This document shows, piece by piece, positions 10,451 to 19,199 of a stretch of 64,000 nt of DNA. This DNA comes from an uncultured marine group III euryarchaeote (GTDB lineage: Archaea > Thermoplasmatota > Poseidoniia > MGIII > CG-Epi1): assembly GCA_902627615.1 (NCBI GenBank), contig CACOJW010000001.1, forward strand, positions 71,342-135,341, in the 5' to 3' direction. The notes beneath the pieces are model-generated. The model saw nothing but the letters and a program-made list of their open reading frames with translations, did no database searches and had not been told where the DNA came from. A program made the position numbers and the translations under genes. The stretch's first letter is position 1. Each line of letters opens with the position of its first letter.

Positions 10451-11353
10451 GTGACAATATCAATCAAGAGGCATAGTGAAAATATATTTTGGTTCGATTT
10501 AAGTCCTAACAAAGAATTAGAATTTATATCAATTTATTTGGTTGTAGATGATAAAATTGCGCTGATTGAAACAGGTCCTGCTTGTTCACTTGATAATTTA
10601 GTGAGCGGTATAAAATCAGCAGGATTGAAGCTTGAAAATGTAGATTATGTAGTTCCTACACACATTCATTTGGATCATTTTGGAGGTGGAGGTCATATTA
10701 TGGAGCTTTGTAAGAATGCAAAGGCACTTGTTCACCCTAAGGCGTACAAACATGTTTCTAATATAGAAAAATGGTGGCAAGGAAGTAGTGATTTTTTAGG
10801 CAGAGTTGCTCAACTTTATGGAAAACCTAAACCGATTTCAGAAGATAGGCTCGTTTCTACTGTAGATGGCTTTGAAGTTTCCCTAGGCAGCCTTTCTTTG
10901 AAGGCAATACACACACCAGGCCATGCACCTCATCATATTACTTGGATTTATGGGGATGAAGCATTTGTAGGTGATTCAGCAGGACTTTGGTATCCAGAGG
11001 TGGGTTCTTCATTTCCAGTTACGCCAGGATACTACAGGCATGATTTAGCGTTGGAAAGTATTAAAAAAATGGAATCACTTAATTTAAAAAATGTTTTTTA
11101 CACTCATTTTGGTCCGAGGCCTGTGTATAATACGTTTGAAGAAACAAGGAAAGAATTTGAGTTATGGATGAATATAGTAGAAGAAGGATATAATCAACAA
11201 TTGTCTTCTAAAGAAATATTACAAATGTTATTTAATAAACGACCTGGGTTATTAGAGACTAATCAAAATCATGGAATTCATCAAAAAGATACTCATAAAA
11301 GTACGGTGGAGGGAATGATTGGTTGGCTAAGGAGAAAAAATGAGAAATACTGA
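10451..11353 (+). CDS. Metallo-beta-lactamase fold hydrolase
   Basis: THIHLDHFGG, TPGHAPHH, GD and THFG metal-binding motifs. Confidence 0.9.
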   Translation: MTISIKRHSENIFWFDLSPNKELEFISIYLVVDDKIALIETGPACSLDNLVSGIKSAGLKLENVDYVVPTHIHLDHFGGGGHIMELCKNAKALVHPKAYKHVSNIEKWWQGSSDFLGRVAQLYGKPKPISEDRLVSTVDGFEVSLGSLSLKAIHTPGHAPHHITWIYGDEAFVGDSAGLWYPEVGSSFPVTPGYYRHDLALESIKKMESLNLKNVFYTHFGPRPVYNTFEETRKEFELWMNIVEEGYNQQLSSKEILQMLFNKRPGLLETNQNHGIHQKDTHKSTVEGMIGWLRRKNEKY

Positions 11354-11915
11354 AAAAATTCCTAAAATTGTCAAGGAGCCTTACCCTCATGTGGTAGTGA
11401 AAGATTTTCTTGATGAACAAACTTTAGATTTAGTCACTTATGCTTTGGCAGGACTGGAATATGATTTTGATGAATCGGATTTATTTAGTTATCTTTCTTT
11501 TGGATTAACCGATGTCGATCATCCAGTCATAAACATTCTTAGAGATGATTTAGGCGATTCAAGTTGGCGGAAGAAAGTTGCAAGTAGTTTTGGAGTTAAG
11601 CCCTTGTCTAAGATTGATTTGAGTGCTTATGTTTATGGTCTTGGTTCTTTTCTTTTGCCACACGATGATCAAGTTGAAGGCCGTGTTATAGCCTATAGTT
11701 TGCATTTGACAGATATTGAAATGACTGATAAAAGTGGGGGTGCACTCTGTATTTACGAAGCAAATGAGGTGGGCAAATCAGAATTAGTAAAAACGATTAT
11801 TCCAGAATATAATTCTTTGATAATGTTTGAGGTGTCTGATAAGTCTTGGCACCAAGTAGGCGAAATTTTAGAAGATATTCAAAGATTAACAGTCACGGGG
11901 TGGTATCATTCCTGA
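11340..11915 (+). CDS. 2OG-Fe(II) prolyl-hydroxylase-type oxygenase resembling the OGFOD1/Tpa1 catalytic domain
   Basis: HxD in LLPHDD, GGAL, distal His in SWHQV and 2OG-binding Arg in RLTVTGWY. Confidence 0.85.
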   Translation: MRNTEKIPKIVKEPYPHVVVKDFLDEQTLDLVTYALAGLEYDFDESDLFSYLSFGLTDVDHPVINILRDDLGDSSWRKKVASSFGVKPLSKIDLSAYVYGLGSFLLPHDDQVEGRVIAYSLHLTDIEMTDKSGGALCIYEANEVGKSELVKTIIPEYNSLIMFEVSDKSWHQVGEILEDIQRLTVTGWYHS

Positions 11916-12462
11916 AATTAATTTTTACTATTTAGAAGAAGCCACAATTTCTAATTTGAATCGTATCTTCAACTCTTCAGATTTTCCTTTTGTTCGTCTT
12001 TCGAAGTTTTTAGATATAGACTCAGTTGAGTATAATCCTAGTTTTAGAAATGAGGAGAATATAGGTTATTTTAAGCGAAAGCAGTCAAAAGCAGTTCTTG
12101 AGGAGTTTTGGAAATCTTCAGATTTTGTTGAGTTTTTAAAGGAAGTAACTGGATTGACTTTATCGTTTAGAGGCGCAAAACATTTGAGTTATTCAGCAGG
12201 TGACTATTCATTATTACATGCAGATGAATTAGAACCAAATAGATTAGCAATAGTTTATGATTTTACAAAGAAATGGAGATTAGAGTGGGGAGGATATGAT
12301 CTTTACACATCCCCAGATAAGGAACCTTTGATTTGTAATAGAGATTATGGATCACTCATGATTGTTAAACTTGATAAGGGCGATTTATCTTGCACAAGAT
12401 ACGTTAGTTTGAAAGCAAAAGAGGATGCAGTTATCGATTTTGTAACCTATATACCGGAATGA
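11905..12462 (+). CDS. Degenerate 2OG-oxygenase-fold protein resembling the OGFOD1/Tpa1/Ofd1 C-terminal domain; start uncertain
   Basis: GDYSLLH, WRLEWGGY and GSLMIV...RYV motifs; no obvious distal His. The frame is open from 11890 but the first canonical start is TTG at 11956. Confidence 0.7.
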   Translation: MIPEINFYYLEEATISNLNRIFNSSDFPFVRLSKFLDIDSVEYNPSFRNEENIGYFKRKQSKAVLEEFWKSSDFVEFLKEVTGLTLSFRGAKHLSYSAGDYSLLHADELEPNRLAIVYDFTKKWRLEWGGYDLYTSPDKEPLICNRDYGSLMIVKLDKGDLSCTRYVSLKAKEDAVIDFVTYIPE

Positions 12463-12551
12463 CTACTCATTTTTGAGTATATACGCAATTATTTAATGCC
12501 TGCTTTTGGATTAATTTTCATAGGGATAGGTCTATCTTTGTAAAAGATATT

Positions 12552-13247
12552 ATGCTAGATGTAGAAAAGATTAGTAAAACGCTAAGAAAGGGAGAACCTA
12601 TCTTGGTTTTTGATGAGGCGGGTAGGGAAGGTGAAACAGATATTTTCTTTTCTGCAAAACATGTATCAAATTCAAGTATACGTTTTTTAAGAAAAAAAGG
12701 AGGAGGTATGATCTTCATAGCCTCAGATAATTTAGCATCTACAAAATTAGGACTCCCTTTTTCTCACGATATTTTTGAATCAGTTGGTAAAATAAGTGAT
12801 GACTTTACAGTAGTTAGAAAAATGCTTGAACATACGATACCCTATGATAAGAAGTCTTCATTTTCTCTTTTTATTAATCATAAAGATACTTTTACAGGTA
12901 TAAGTGATTATGATAGAGCCTTAACATCGAAGTCTTTTGCAGAACTATTGGAGGCATCAGTCTCACTTTCAGACTCTGAATCTCAGAAGAAAATATCAGA
13001 TAGCTTCCGAATACCTGGGCACGTACCAGTTTGTATTGCAGACCAAGAACTTGTGAAAGCCCGTAAAGGCCACACAGAGTTAATTGTTTCTTTGTTAAAA
13101 TTACTCAATATGAATCCGGTGGCAGTGGGTTGTGAAATGGTAGGAGATGACGGCAATTCTTTATCACCAGAAAACGCGAAAGCTTGGGCATCAGAAGAAG
13201 GGTATCTGTTTTTAGAAGGGCAAAGTATAGTTGAGGCATACCTATGA
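12552..13247 (+). CDS. ribB: 3,4-dihydroxy-2-butanone-4-phosphate synthase (archaeal type)
   Basis: FDEAGREGETD, TFTGISDYDRA, FRIPGHV, RKGHTE and CEM motifs. Confidence 0.93.
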   Translation: MLDVEKISKTLRKGEPILVFDEAGREGETDIFFSAKHVSNSSIRFLRKKGGGMIFIASDNLASTKLGLPFSHDIFESVGKISDDFTVVRKMLEHTIPYDKKSSFSLFINHKDTFTGISDYDRALTSKSFAELLEASVSLSDSESQKKISDSFRIPGHVPVCIADQELVKARKGHTELIVSLLKLLNMNPVAVGCEMVGDDGNSLSPENAKAWASEEGYLFLEGQSIVEAYL

Positions 13248-13687
13248 GAGTAGTAGCAACAGGTGTCTTCGATATTATCCACTCAGGACATGCACATTTT
13301 TTGAATGCAGCTAAAGAAAATGGAGATGAATTGGTTGTCATAATAGCCAATGATGATACAGTTCGCAAAATGAAAGGAGAACCTATACTTTCAGCAGAAA
13401 TGAGAGCGGAGGTTGTATCTCATCTGAAACCAGTTAGCTCTACGGTTATTGGAAGAACGGGAAATATGCTTGATATCATAGTTGAAGAAATTAAGCCGGA
13501 TGTAATTGCTTTAGGTTATGATCAAAGATTGTTTACCAGAAAAGAATTAGAATCAAAATTATTAGAGCGTGGATTAAATGTTAAAGTTGTTCGTTTGCCA
13601 GAGATGGAGCAAGATTTAGCAGGATCACGTAAAATAATAGCTAAGATTTTAAAGATTTACAGGAAAAAATATATTGAGGAAGAATAA
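13244..13687 (+). CDS. ribL: FAD synthase (archaeal cytidylyltransferase-like)
   Basis: TGVFDIIHSGH (HxGH) and PDVIALGYDQ; lies in the riboflavin operon. Confidence 0.85.
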   Translation: MRVVATGVFDIIHSGHAHFLNAAKENGDELVVIIANDDTVRKMKGEPILSAEMRAEVVSHLKPVSSTVIGRTGNMLDIIVEEIKPDVIALGYDQRLFTRKELESKLLERGLNVKVVRLPEMEQDLAGSRKIIAKILKIYRKKYIEEE

Positions 13688-13689
13688 AA

Positions 13690-14313
13690 ATGGTTTTTAG
13701 TGGAATTGTAGAGGGGACTGGTAAAATTATTACAGTTTCTAAACTAGAAAATTTGACAAAAATTTCAATTAAAACTCCTCAAAAATTTTCGGATGGTATA
13801 AAAATTGGAGCAAGCGTTTGTGTTGATGGGGTATGCTTAACTGTATCCTCAATAAGTGATGACGTTCTTAGTTTTGATATTATAATGGAGACTCTGAATG
13901 TTACAACTTTTAAAAATATTAAAAAGAAAGATGTTGTTAATTTAGAGCGTTCAATGAGATTAGGAGATGAAATAGGTGGCCATTTACTTTCAGGTCACAT
14001 TTCGACAACAGTTCAAATTAGTAACATAGAAAATCCAGAAAATAATCATATAATTACATTTAAATTAGATCCAGAAACTTTAAGGTATATTTTTCCGAAA
14101 GGTTATGTTGCATTAAACGGAGTTAGTTTAACTGTAGGGGAGGTTGAAAAATCAAATAATAGTTTCAATGTTTATCTCATACCCGAAACTTTACGTTTAA
14201 CTAATTTGAGTAATAAATCTATAGGCGATAAAATAAATTTAGAAATTGAGACACAGACAAAAAATATGGTTGATACAATGCTCCAAATAAACAAGGAGTT
14301 AATACATGGCTAA
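13690..14313 (+). CDS. ribE: Riboflavin synthase, bacterial-type alpha chain
   Basis: N-terminal FSGIVE, duplicated GVCLTV/GVSLTV lumazine-binding repeats, VNLERS and GGHLLSGH. Confidence 0.93.
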   Translation: MVFSGIVEGTGKIITVSKLENLTKISIKTPQKFSDGIKIGASVCVDGVCLTVSSISDDVLSFDIIMETLNVTTFKNIKKKDVVNLERSMRLGDEIGGHLLSGHISTTVQISNIENPENNHIITFKLDPETLRYIFPKGYVALNGVSLTVGEVEKSNNSFNVYLIPETLRLTNLSNKSIGDKINLEIETQTKNMVDTMLQINKELIHG

Positions 14314-14710
14314 ATCAATAGCAATAGTAGCAGGAAGTTATCACAGAGAATTAGTTGAGAAAATGGTTGAAAAGGCTAAGTCAGTAGCTTCTGAGAATAA
14401 TCTTATTGTTGAAGAGATAAACTGGGTACCAGGCACTATGGAAGTTCCATTACAGATTAAGCGCTTATTTCTTAGAGAATCAATTGATGGGGCTGCAGTT
14501 TTAGGAATCATTGAGAGTGGAGAAACTAAGCATGGCTTAGTCATGGGACAAGCAGTTACAAGTTCTTTAGTTGATTTACAGTTGGCCTCGATGAAGCCGA
14601 TAGGCTTTGGAATTATAGGACCAGGGGCTAAGCCAGAACATCTTGAGGATAGACTGTTGCCATACGCAGAAAATGCCATTTTAGCTTTATCCGATATGCT
14701 ATCTAATTAG
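14306..14710 (+). CDS. ribH: 6,7-dimethyl-8-ribityllumazine synthase
   Basis: VPGTMEVP, GETKH and KPIGFGIIGPG motifs; operon context. Confidence 0.9.
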   Translation: MAKSIAIVAGSYHRELVEKMVEKAKSVASENNLIVEEINWVPGTMEVPLQIKRLFLRESIDGAAVLGIIESGETKHGLVMGQAVTSSLVDLQLASMKPIGFGIIGPGAKPEHLEDRLLPYAENAILALSDMLSN

Positions 14711-17324
14711 ATTTTGTTTTAATTCTCCAGTTTCTTTTTGCATATTTATTTTGTACATAATTCAATGCATGATAGAAACTTGGTAATGCAAATACAGCCA
14801 TCAGTAACGAAAATAAAACTAAGGTAATAATTAAAGCAAAGAAATTTCGTAATCCAACAAATTGAGTTCTGTAAAAGGAAATAATGACACCTGAGAAAAC
14901 TCCTCCCATTGTTGTGAATGTTGCTTCGACAACGGATTGACCAGTATTTTCTACGGCTTTTTGGATACCTTTTGGAGTAGCCCCTTCTTCTCTAACTCTT
15001 TCAGTTATTTGTATAGAATTATCTATACCGATACCTATGATAATAGTTCCAACCATTGCTGTAAAAATATTTAGATTTGTACCTCCAGCATCAACTGTAG
15101 CAGGATACCAGAGAATAACTAATAGAATTGGCAAGAACGTAACAAATCCATATTTTACAGACCAAAATATACAAATCATAGCAATTAAGACTAACACTAA
15201 ACTCAATTTTATCGTGTCAAATTGCGTCTCTTGTATACCTTCGTTAATTGCTATAGATACAGGAGGTCCTCCTGTAAGCGTAGACATTTGTGCATTCTCA
15301 AATGACATTTGTCTGTCTCTGATTTCTGCAATTTGATCTATAGTTTTTACAACAATAGCCGTATCATCTATGTTTACGTATGGCATACTAACATAGATTA
15401 GAGCTTTATCGTATTCATCAGTTAGAAGCATAGACCTCATTTCATCAGTAAAAGATTCGTAAAAGACATCTATCATATCAGATCTAAGTTGTTCTCTGCT
15501 GTATATCTGATTTAAATCTACTAATGCATAATCGTCCCCAAAGAAATCACTGTGTAAGAAATCCCAGAAACTTCCTTCAAATTGATAAATTGCTTCCCCA
15601 TCTAAATCTTCTATTACTATTGCAAAATAAGCAGATTTAAAAAAATCCACAATTGAAAACGCAGAGACATTAATGACATCTCCTGTATTTCTATTATTCA
15701 CAGTGATGTTATTAATTTCCCCTTGAGTCCAATTCATAATATCGAGAACATCTAAATCCTTAGCAGCAGGTTTGTCTCTTGCAGTATCGTTATTTATTAA
15801 TAAAATTCCAGTTTGACCTGCATCAAATTTGTCTGAGTATTCACTTAATTTTTGTATTGAATCAACATCCTCAGGTGCAGATTCACTGCCAGTTATGTTT
15901 TGATCCATAACTGAAATTCTAGCTATGGAATAAGTGGTTGTTAATAGAACAACTACGAGAATTGCCTTCCATTGTTTTGTAGATAGTATCGCAATGCTAG
16001 TCCATCCTTTATTCTTATGTCTGGAATAGTTTGTTAATTTCATTATTGCAGGCGTCATGCTCACAGTTAAGAAGAAAGAACAAATAACTCCAATAATCAT
16101 CGTAAGGCCGACAGTTCTCATTGGAACTATCGGTGATATGAAAAGAGCCGAAAATCCTATGGAATCAGTAATAGCACATAGTAATGTTGCCTTCCCCGTC
16201 GTTAAAAGTGCTAAGTATGTAGCCTTAGGCATTTTATTTCCTTCTTCTTTGAATTCAACAATTCTGTTAGCTACATGCAGTCCATAATCAACACCAATAC
16301 CTACTAAAATTGGACCTGCGGCGACAATCATCGGAGTAAGAACAACCCCAGATAGATTTACCAATCCTAATGTCCAAATTAGTGCACAGAAAATTGGGAC
16401 TAAAACAACAGGGATTGCTAACCAATTTCGATGGAATATAAGCATCAAAGCAATGACTATTCCAAGAGACATAGGCAGCATTGTTAGCAAATCTTGGTAT
16501 AATCTATCAGTAACTTCATGAAGAACAACTACTATTCCAGTTTGCGTCATTTCAGTTTTTGGATTTATTCTTTCATCAATATGATTTTGTATTTCTATTA
16601 TTTTTTGTTTTTGTACTTCGTCATTGTTCTCTTCCGATGCTTTAAGAGCAAAAAGAATTACAGCTGTATCTATGATTCCATCATCATTTGTATCTACAGC
16701 AAAATTTTGGAGTGAAGATGCAGTTCCTGAAAAGATTTGGTCTACTCTATCCTGATCATCAGGAATTGCGTACGTTCCGGTTTGATTTACGAGATCATCG
16801 TCACTTTCTTCTACGGCAAGACCTCCAAATATCTTCCCTTCACTTGCTTCTATAAATCGTGCATTAGTTGAATTAAACTCTTTAATTAATGTAGAAATAC
16901 TAAGTGTAAATATTATGTCATCTTTTTCGCCTCGATCGGCCTGGTATGTTCCTAAGTCAGTAGTTTGTCCATAGGGATCTATCGTTTGTTCAAGTAAGGA
17001 AATTTCTTTTAATGTTGGAACGTATGTGATGTTGTCTAGCACAGGATCGTTGTAAAATTGAGGGTCATTCGCATTTGGAGTTTCTAGGTAAACAATAATT
17101 AAATCAGTCGCCCAGTCTTCTCTTACTTCTATTAAAATATCCGTTGATTCTTCCCCTTCAGGAAGATAAACCTCAATGTCTCTAGTCATATTCTGCTCAA
17201 AAGTCATAGCAGATTGAAGGAGCAATATTGTAACTAGTGAAAGAGCTGCTACAGTTAGTACTGGTCTCTTCATAATGACGTCCGTATATTTTTGAACTAC
17301 GAACTCTAATGTCTTTTGAAGCAC
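14703..17324 (-). CDS. RND/MMPL family transporter
   Basis: Two repeats of an extracellular loop plus TM bundle, with GIGVDYGLH and GIGIDNSIQ motifs. Confidence 0.9.
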   Translation of the reverse strand: MLQKTLEFVVQKYTDVIMKRPVLTVAALSLVTILLLQSAMTFEQNMTRDIEVYLPEGEESTDILIEVREDWATDLIIVYLETPNANDPQFYNDPVLDNITYVPTLKEISLLEQTIDPYGQTTDLGTYQADRGEKDDIIFTLSISTLIKEFNSTNARFIEASEGKIFGGLAVEESDDDLVNQTGTYAIPDDQDRVDQIFSGTASSLQNFAVDTNDDGIIDTAVILFALKASEENNDEVQKQKIIEIQNHIDERINPKTEMTQTGIVVVLHEVTDRLYQDLLTMLPMSLGIVIALMLIFHRNWLAIPVVLVPIFCALIWTLGLVNLSGVVLTPMIVAAGPILVGIGVDYGLHVANRIVEFKEEGNKMPKATYLALLTTGKATLLCAITDSIGFSALFISPIVPMRTVGLTMIIGVICSFFLTVSMTPAIMKLTNYSRHKNKGWTSIAILSTKQWKAILVVVLLTTTYSIARISVMDQNITGSESAPEDVDSIQKLSEYSDKFDAGQTGILLINNDTARDKPAAKDLDVLDIMNWTQGEINNITVNNRNTGDVINVSAFSIVDFFKSAYFAIVIEDLDGEAIYQFEGSFWDFLHSDFFGDDYALVDLNQIYSREQLRSDMIDVFYESFTDEMRSMLLTDEYDKALIYVSMPYVNIDDTAIVVKTIDQIAEIRDRQMSFENAQMSTLTGGPPVSIAINEGIQETQFDTIKLSLVLVLIAMICIFWSVKYGFVTFLPILLVILWYPATVDAGGTNLNIFTAMVGTIIIGIGIDNSIQITERVREEGATPKGIQKAVENTGQSVVEATFTTMGGVFSGVIISFYRTQFVGLRNFFALIITLVLFSLLMAVFALPSFYHALNYVQNKYAKRNWRIKTKSN

Positions 17325-17359
17325 GAACGGCTATCGGACCCCTCAATTAAATTTAATCT

Positions 17360-19123
17360 TCAGTCTGAATAGTAAAATTCTTTCTTACTTTTTTGTTCTC
17401 TATCTAACCTTGATCCTGGCTTATTTATTCTCGGACGATGCGTATTTTTATCTCTTCTAAATGTGACATCTACCTTTTCTAAAAACAAGTTCATTCCTTC
17501 TCTCATGTTGTAGGGGCCTTCAGCTTTTCCTTCTTTGCCAGCAGTACCGCCAAAACACAATAACCCATCAGACACATAATCTATGAAATAAACATCATGA
17601 TCAACAACCAGTGCAGATTTACCACGTTGTTCAATGTATTTCCTTATAGTTTTAGCCGTAACCATTCTTTGATTGGCATCAAGATAAGCAGATGGTTCGT
17701 CTAATAAATATAAATCGGCTTCTCTCAAAAGACATTCAGCTACAGCAACCCTCTGTAATTCACCACCTGAAAGCGTTTGTAATTCCCGTTCCATTAAATG
17801 TTCCAATTTTAAAGGCCTATTAAGTTCAGTTTCCAGAGCGTGTTCATCGAAACCTTCTACAGATCTTAAAAGGTCGCCAACAATTACATTTTCATGTACC
17901 TCAATATATTGAGGTTTATAAGATACAGTAATTTCGGCTTCTATCTCGCCTTCGTCAGGCTTTAGATTTCCAGCAAGCATTTTAACAAATGTAGTTTTAC
18001 CAGTAGCATTACCTCCAACAACACCTAGCACTTGTCCGCTTAATATTTCTCCAGGATCAGCTTCAAGTTTGAAATCTCCTAATGTTTTGGATAACTTAGG
18101 CCATTGAACTAATTCGAAACCATCCCATCCAGTTCTTGGAGGATGTTCTAGGAATTTAATTGGTTTATCGCGTATTCTAATGTTTTGTTCAACTAAATAA
18201 CCGTCGAGATATGCATTAATCGCTAGTCTAGTAGATCGAGCAGGTGTGAAAACACCGTAAGCACCTTCTTTACCATATACAATGTGAGTTAAATCAGCTA
18301 CAACATCCAACACTGCTAAATCGTGTTCTATAACTATTACTCTTGAGGTTTCAGCTAGCTCTTGAATAATTCTAACAATTCTCATTCTTTCATAAATGTC
18401 TAAATAAGAGGAAGGTTCATCGAAAAAGTAAGCGTCAGCTTCCTTTAGCAGTGTTGCACAAATTGCGACCCTTTGTAATTCTCCGCCGGACAATTGCTCC
18501 AGTTCTCTTTCTAATAGGTGACCTAAATCAAATTTTTCAATCATTTCACTATAAACATTTCTTTCATCAACTGAAGAAAGTAATTTTCCAACTTTTCCTT
18601 TGAATGCTTGAGGTATATTATCTATGTATTGTGGCTTTAGAGCAATCTTAATTTTTGCTTTGCTTGCATCGATTAAAAAGTCTCTTAATTCGCCTCGCGG
18701 CAAGATTTCTATTAATTCATTCCAACTTCCCTCAGTTTGCTCAAAATCACCTAAGTTTGGAATTATAGATCCGTTCAGAATGTTAAAGGCAGTAGATTTT
18801 CCCATACCGTTTGGTCCAAGGATACCAATCACAGATTCCTTTGACAAAGTAGGTAAACGAAAAAGTCGAAACCCGTTCAATGAATAGCGATGCATCATGT
18901 CACTTTCCAATTCCGTTGGTAGATTGATTATTTTGACAGCATCACCAGGGCACTGTTTTGCGCGCATCAAACACGGAGGACAAGCAGTTTCCAAAATCTT
19001 ACACTTTCCATCTTTTACTTGAATACACTCTCCACTGTCGCACATTCCTGCGTATTTCTGAAGATATTCGTATGCCTGACTATTGGGTTTACATCTGTCT
19101 TCATTGAGTACTGCAATACGCAT
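17360..19123 (-). CDS. rli: Ribosome recycling ATPase ABCE1 (RLI)
   Basis: MRIAV start, two ABC domains (GPNGMGKS, GGNATGKT, two LSGGELQR) and C-terminal TFRRD...RPRINKPGS. Confidence 0.96.
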   Translation of the reverse strand: MRIAVLNEDRCKPNSQAYEYLQKYAGMCDSGECIQVKDGKCKILETACPPCLMRAKQCPGDAVKIINLPTELESDMMHRYSLNGFRLFRLPTLSKESVIGILGPNGMGKSTAFNILNGSIIPNLGDFEQTEGSWNELIEILPRGELRDFLIDASKAKIKIALKPQYIDNIPQAFKGKVGKLLSSVDERNVYSEMIEKFDLGHLLERELEQLSGGELQRVAICATLLKEADAYFFDEPSSYLDIYERMRIVRIIQELAETSRVIVIEHDLAVLDVVADLTHIVYGKEGAYGVFTPARSTRLAINAYLDGYLVEQNIRIRDKPIKFLEHPPRTGWDGFELVQWPKLSKTLGDFKLEADPGEILSGQVLGVVGGNATGKTTFVKMLAGNLKPDEGEIEAEITVSYKPQYIEVHENVIVGDLLRSVEGFDEHALETELNRPLKLEHLMERELQTLSGGELQRVAVAECLLREADLYLLDEPSAYLDANQRMVTAKTIRKYIEQRGKSALVVDHDVYFIDYVSDGLLCFGGTAGKEGKAEGPYNMREGMNLFLEKVDVTFRRDKNTHRPRINKPGSRLDREQKSKKEFYYSD

Positions 19124-19199
19124 AATATCCTTCTCATGAGAGACTAATTAAAATAATATGTTGGCCAAATAGATTTTTGTTCCCCCCTTATAGGCCATT

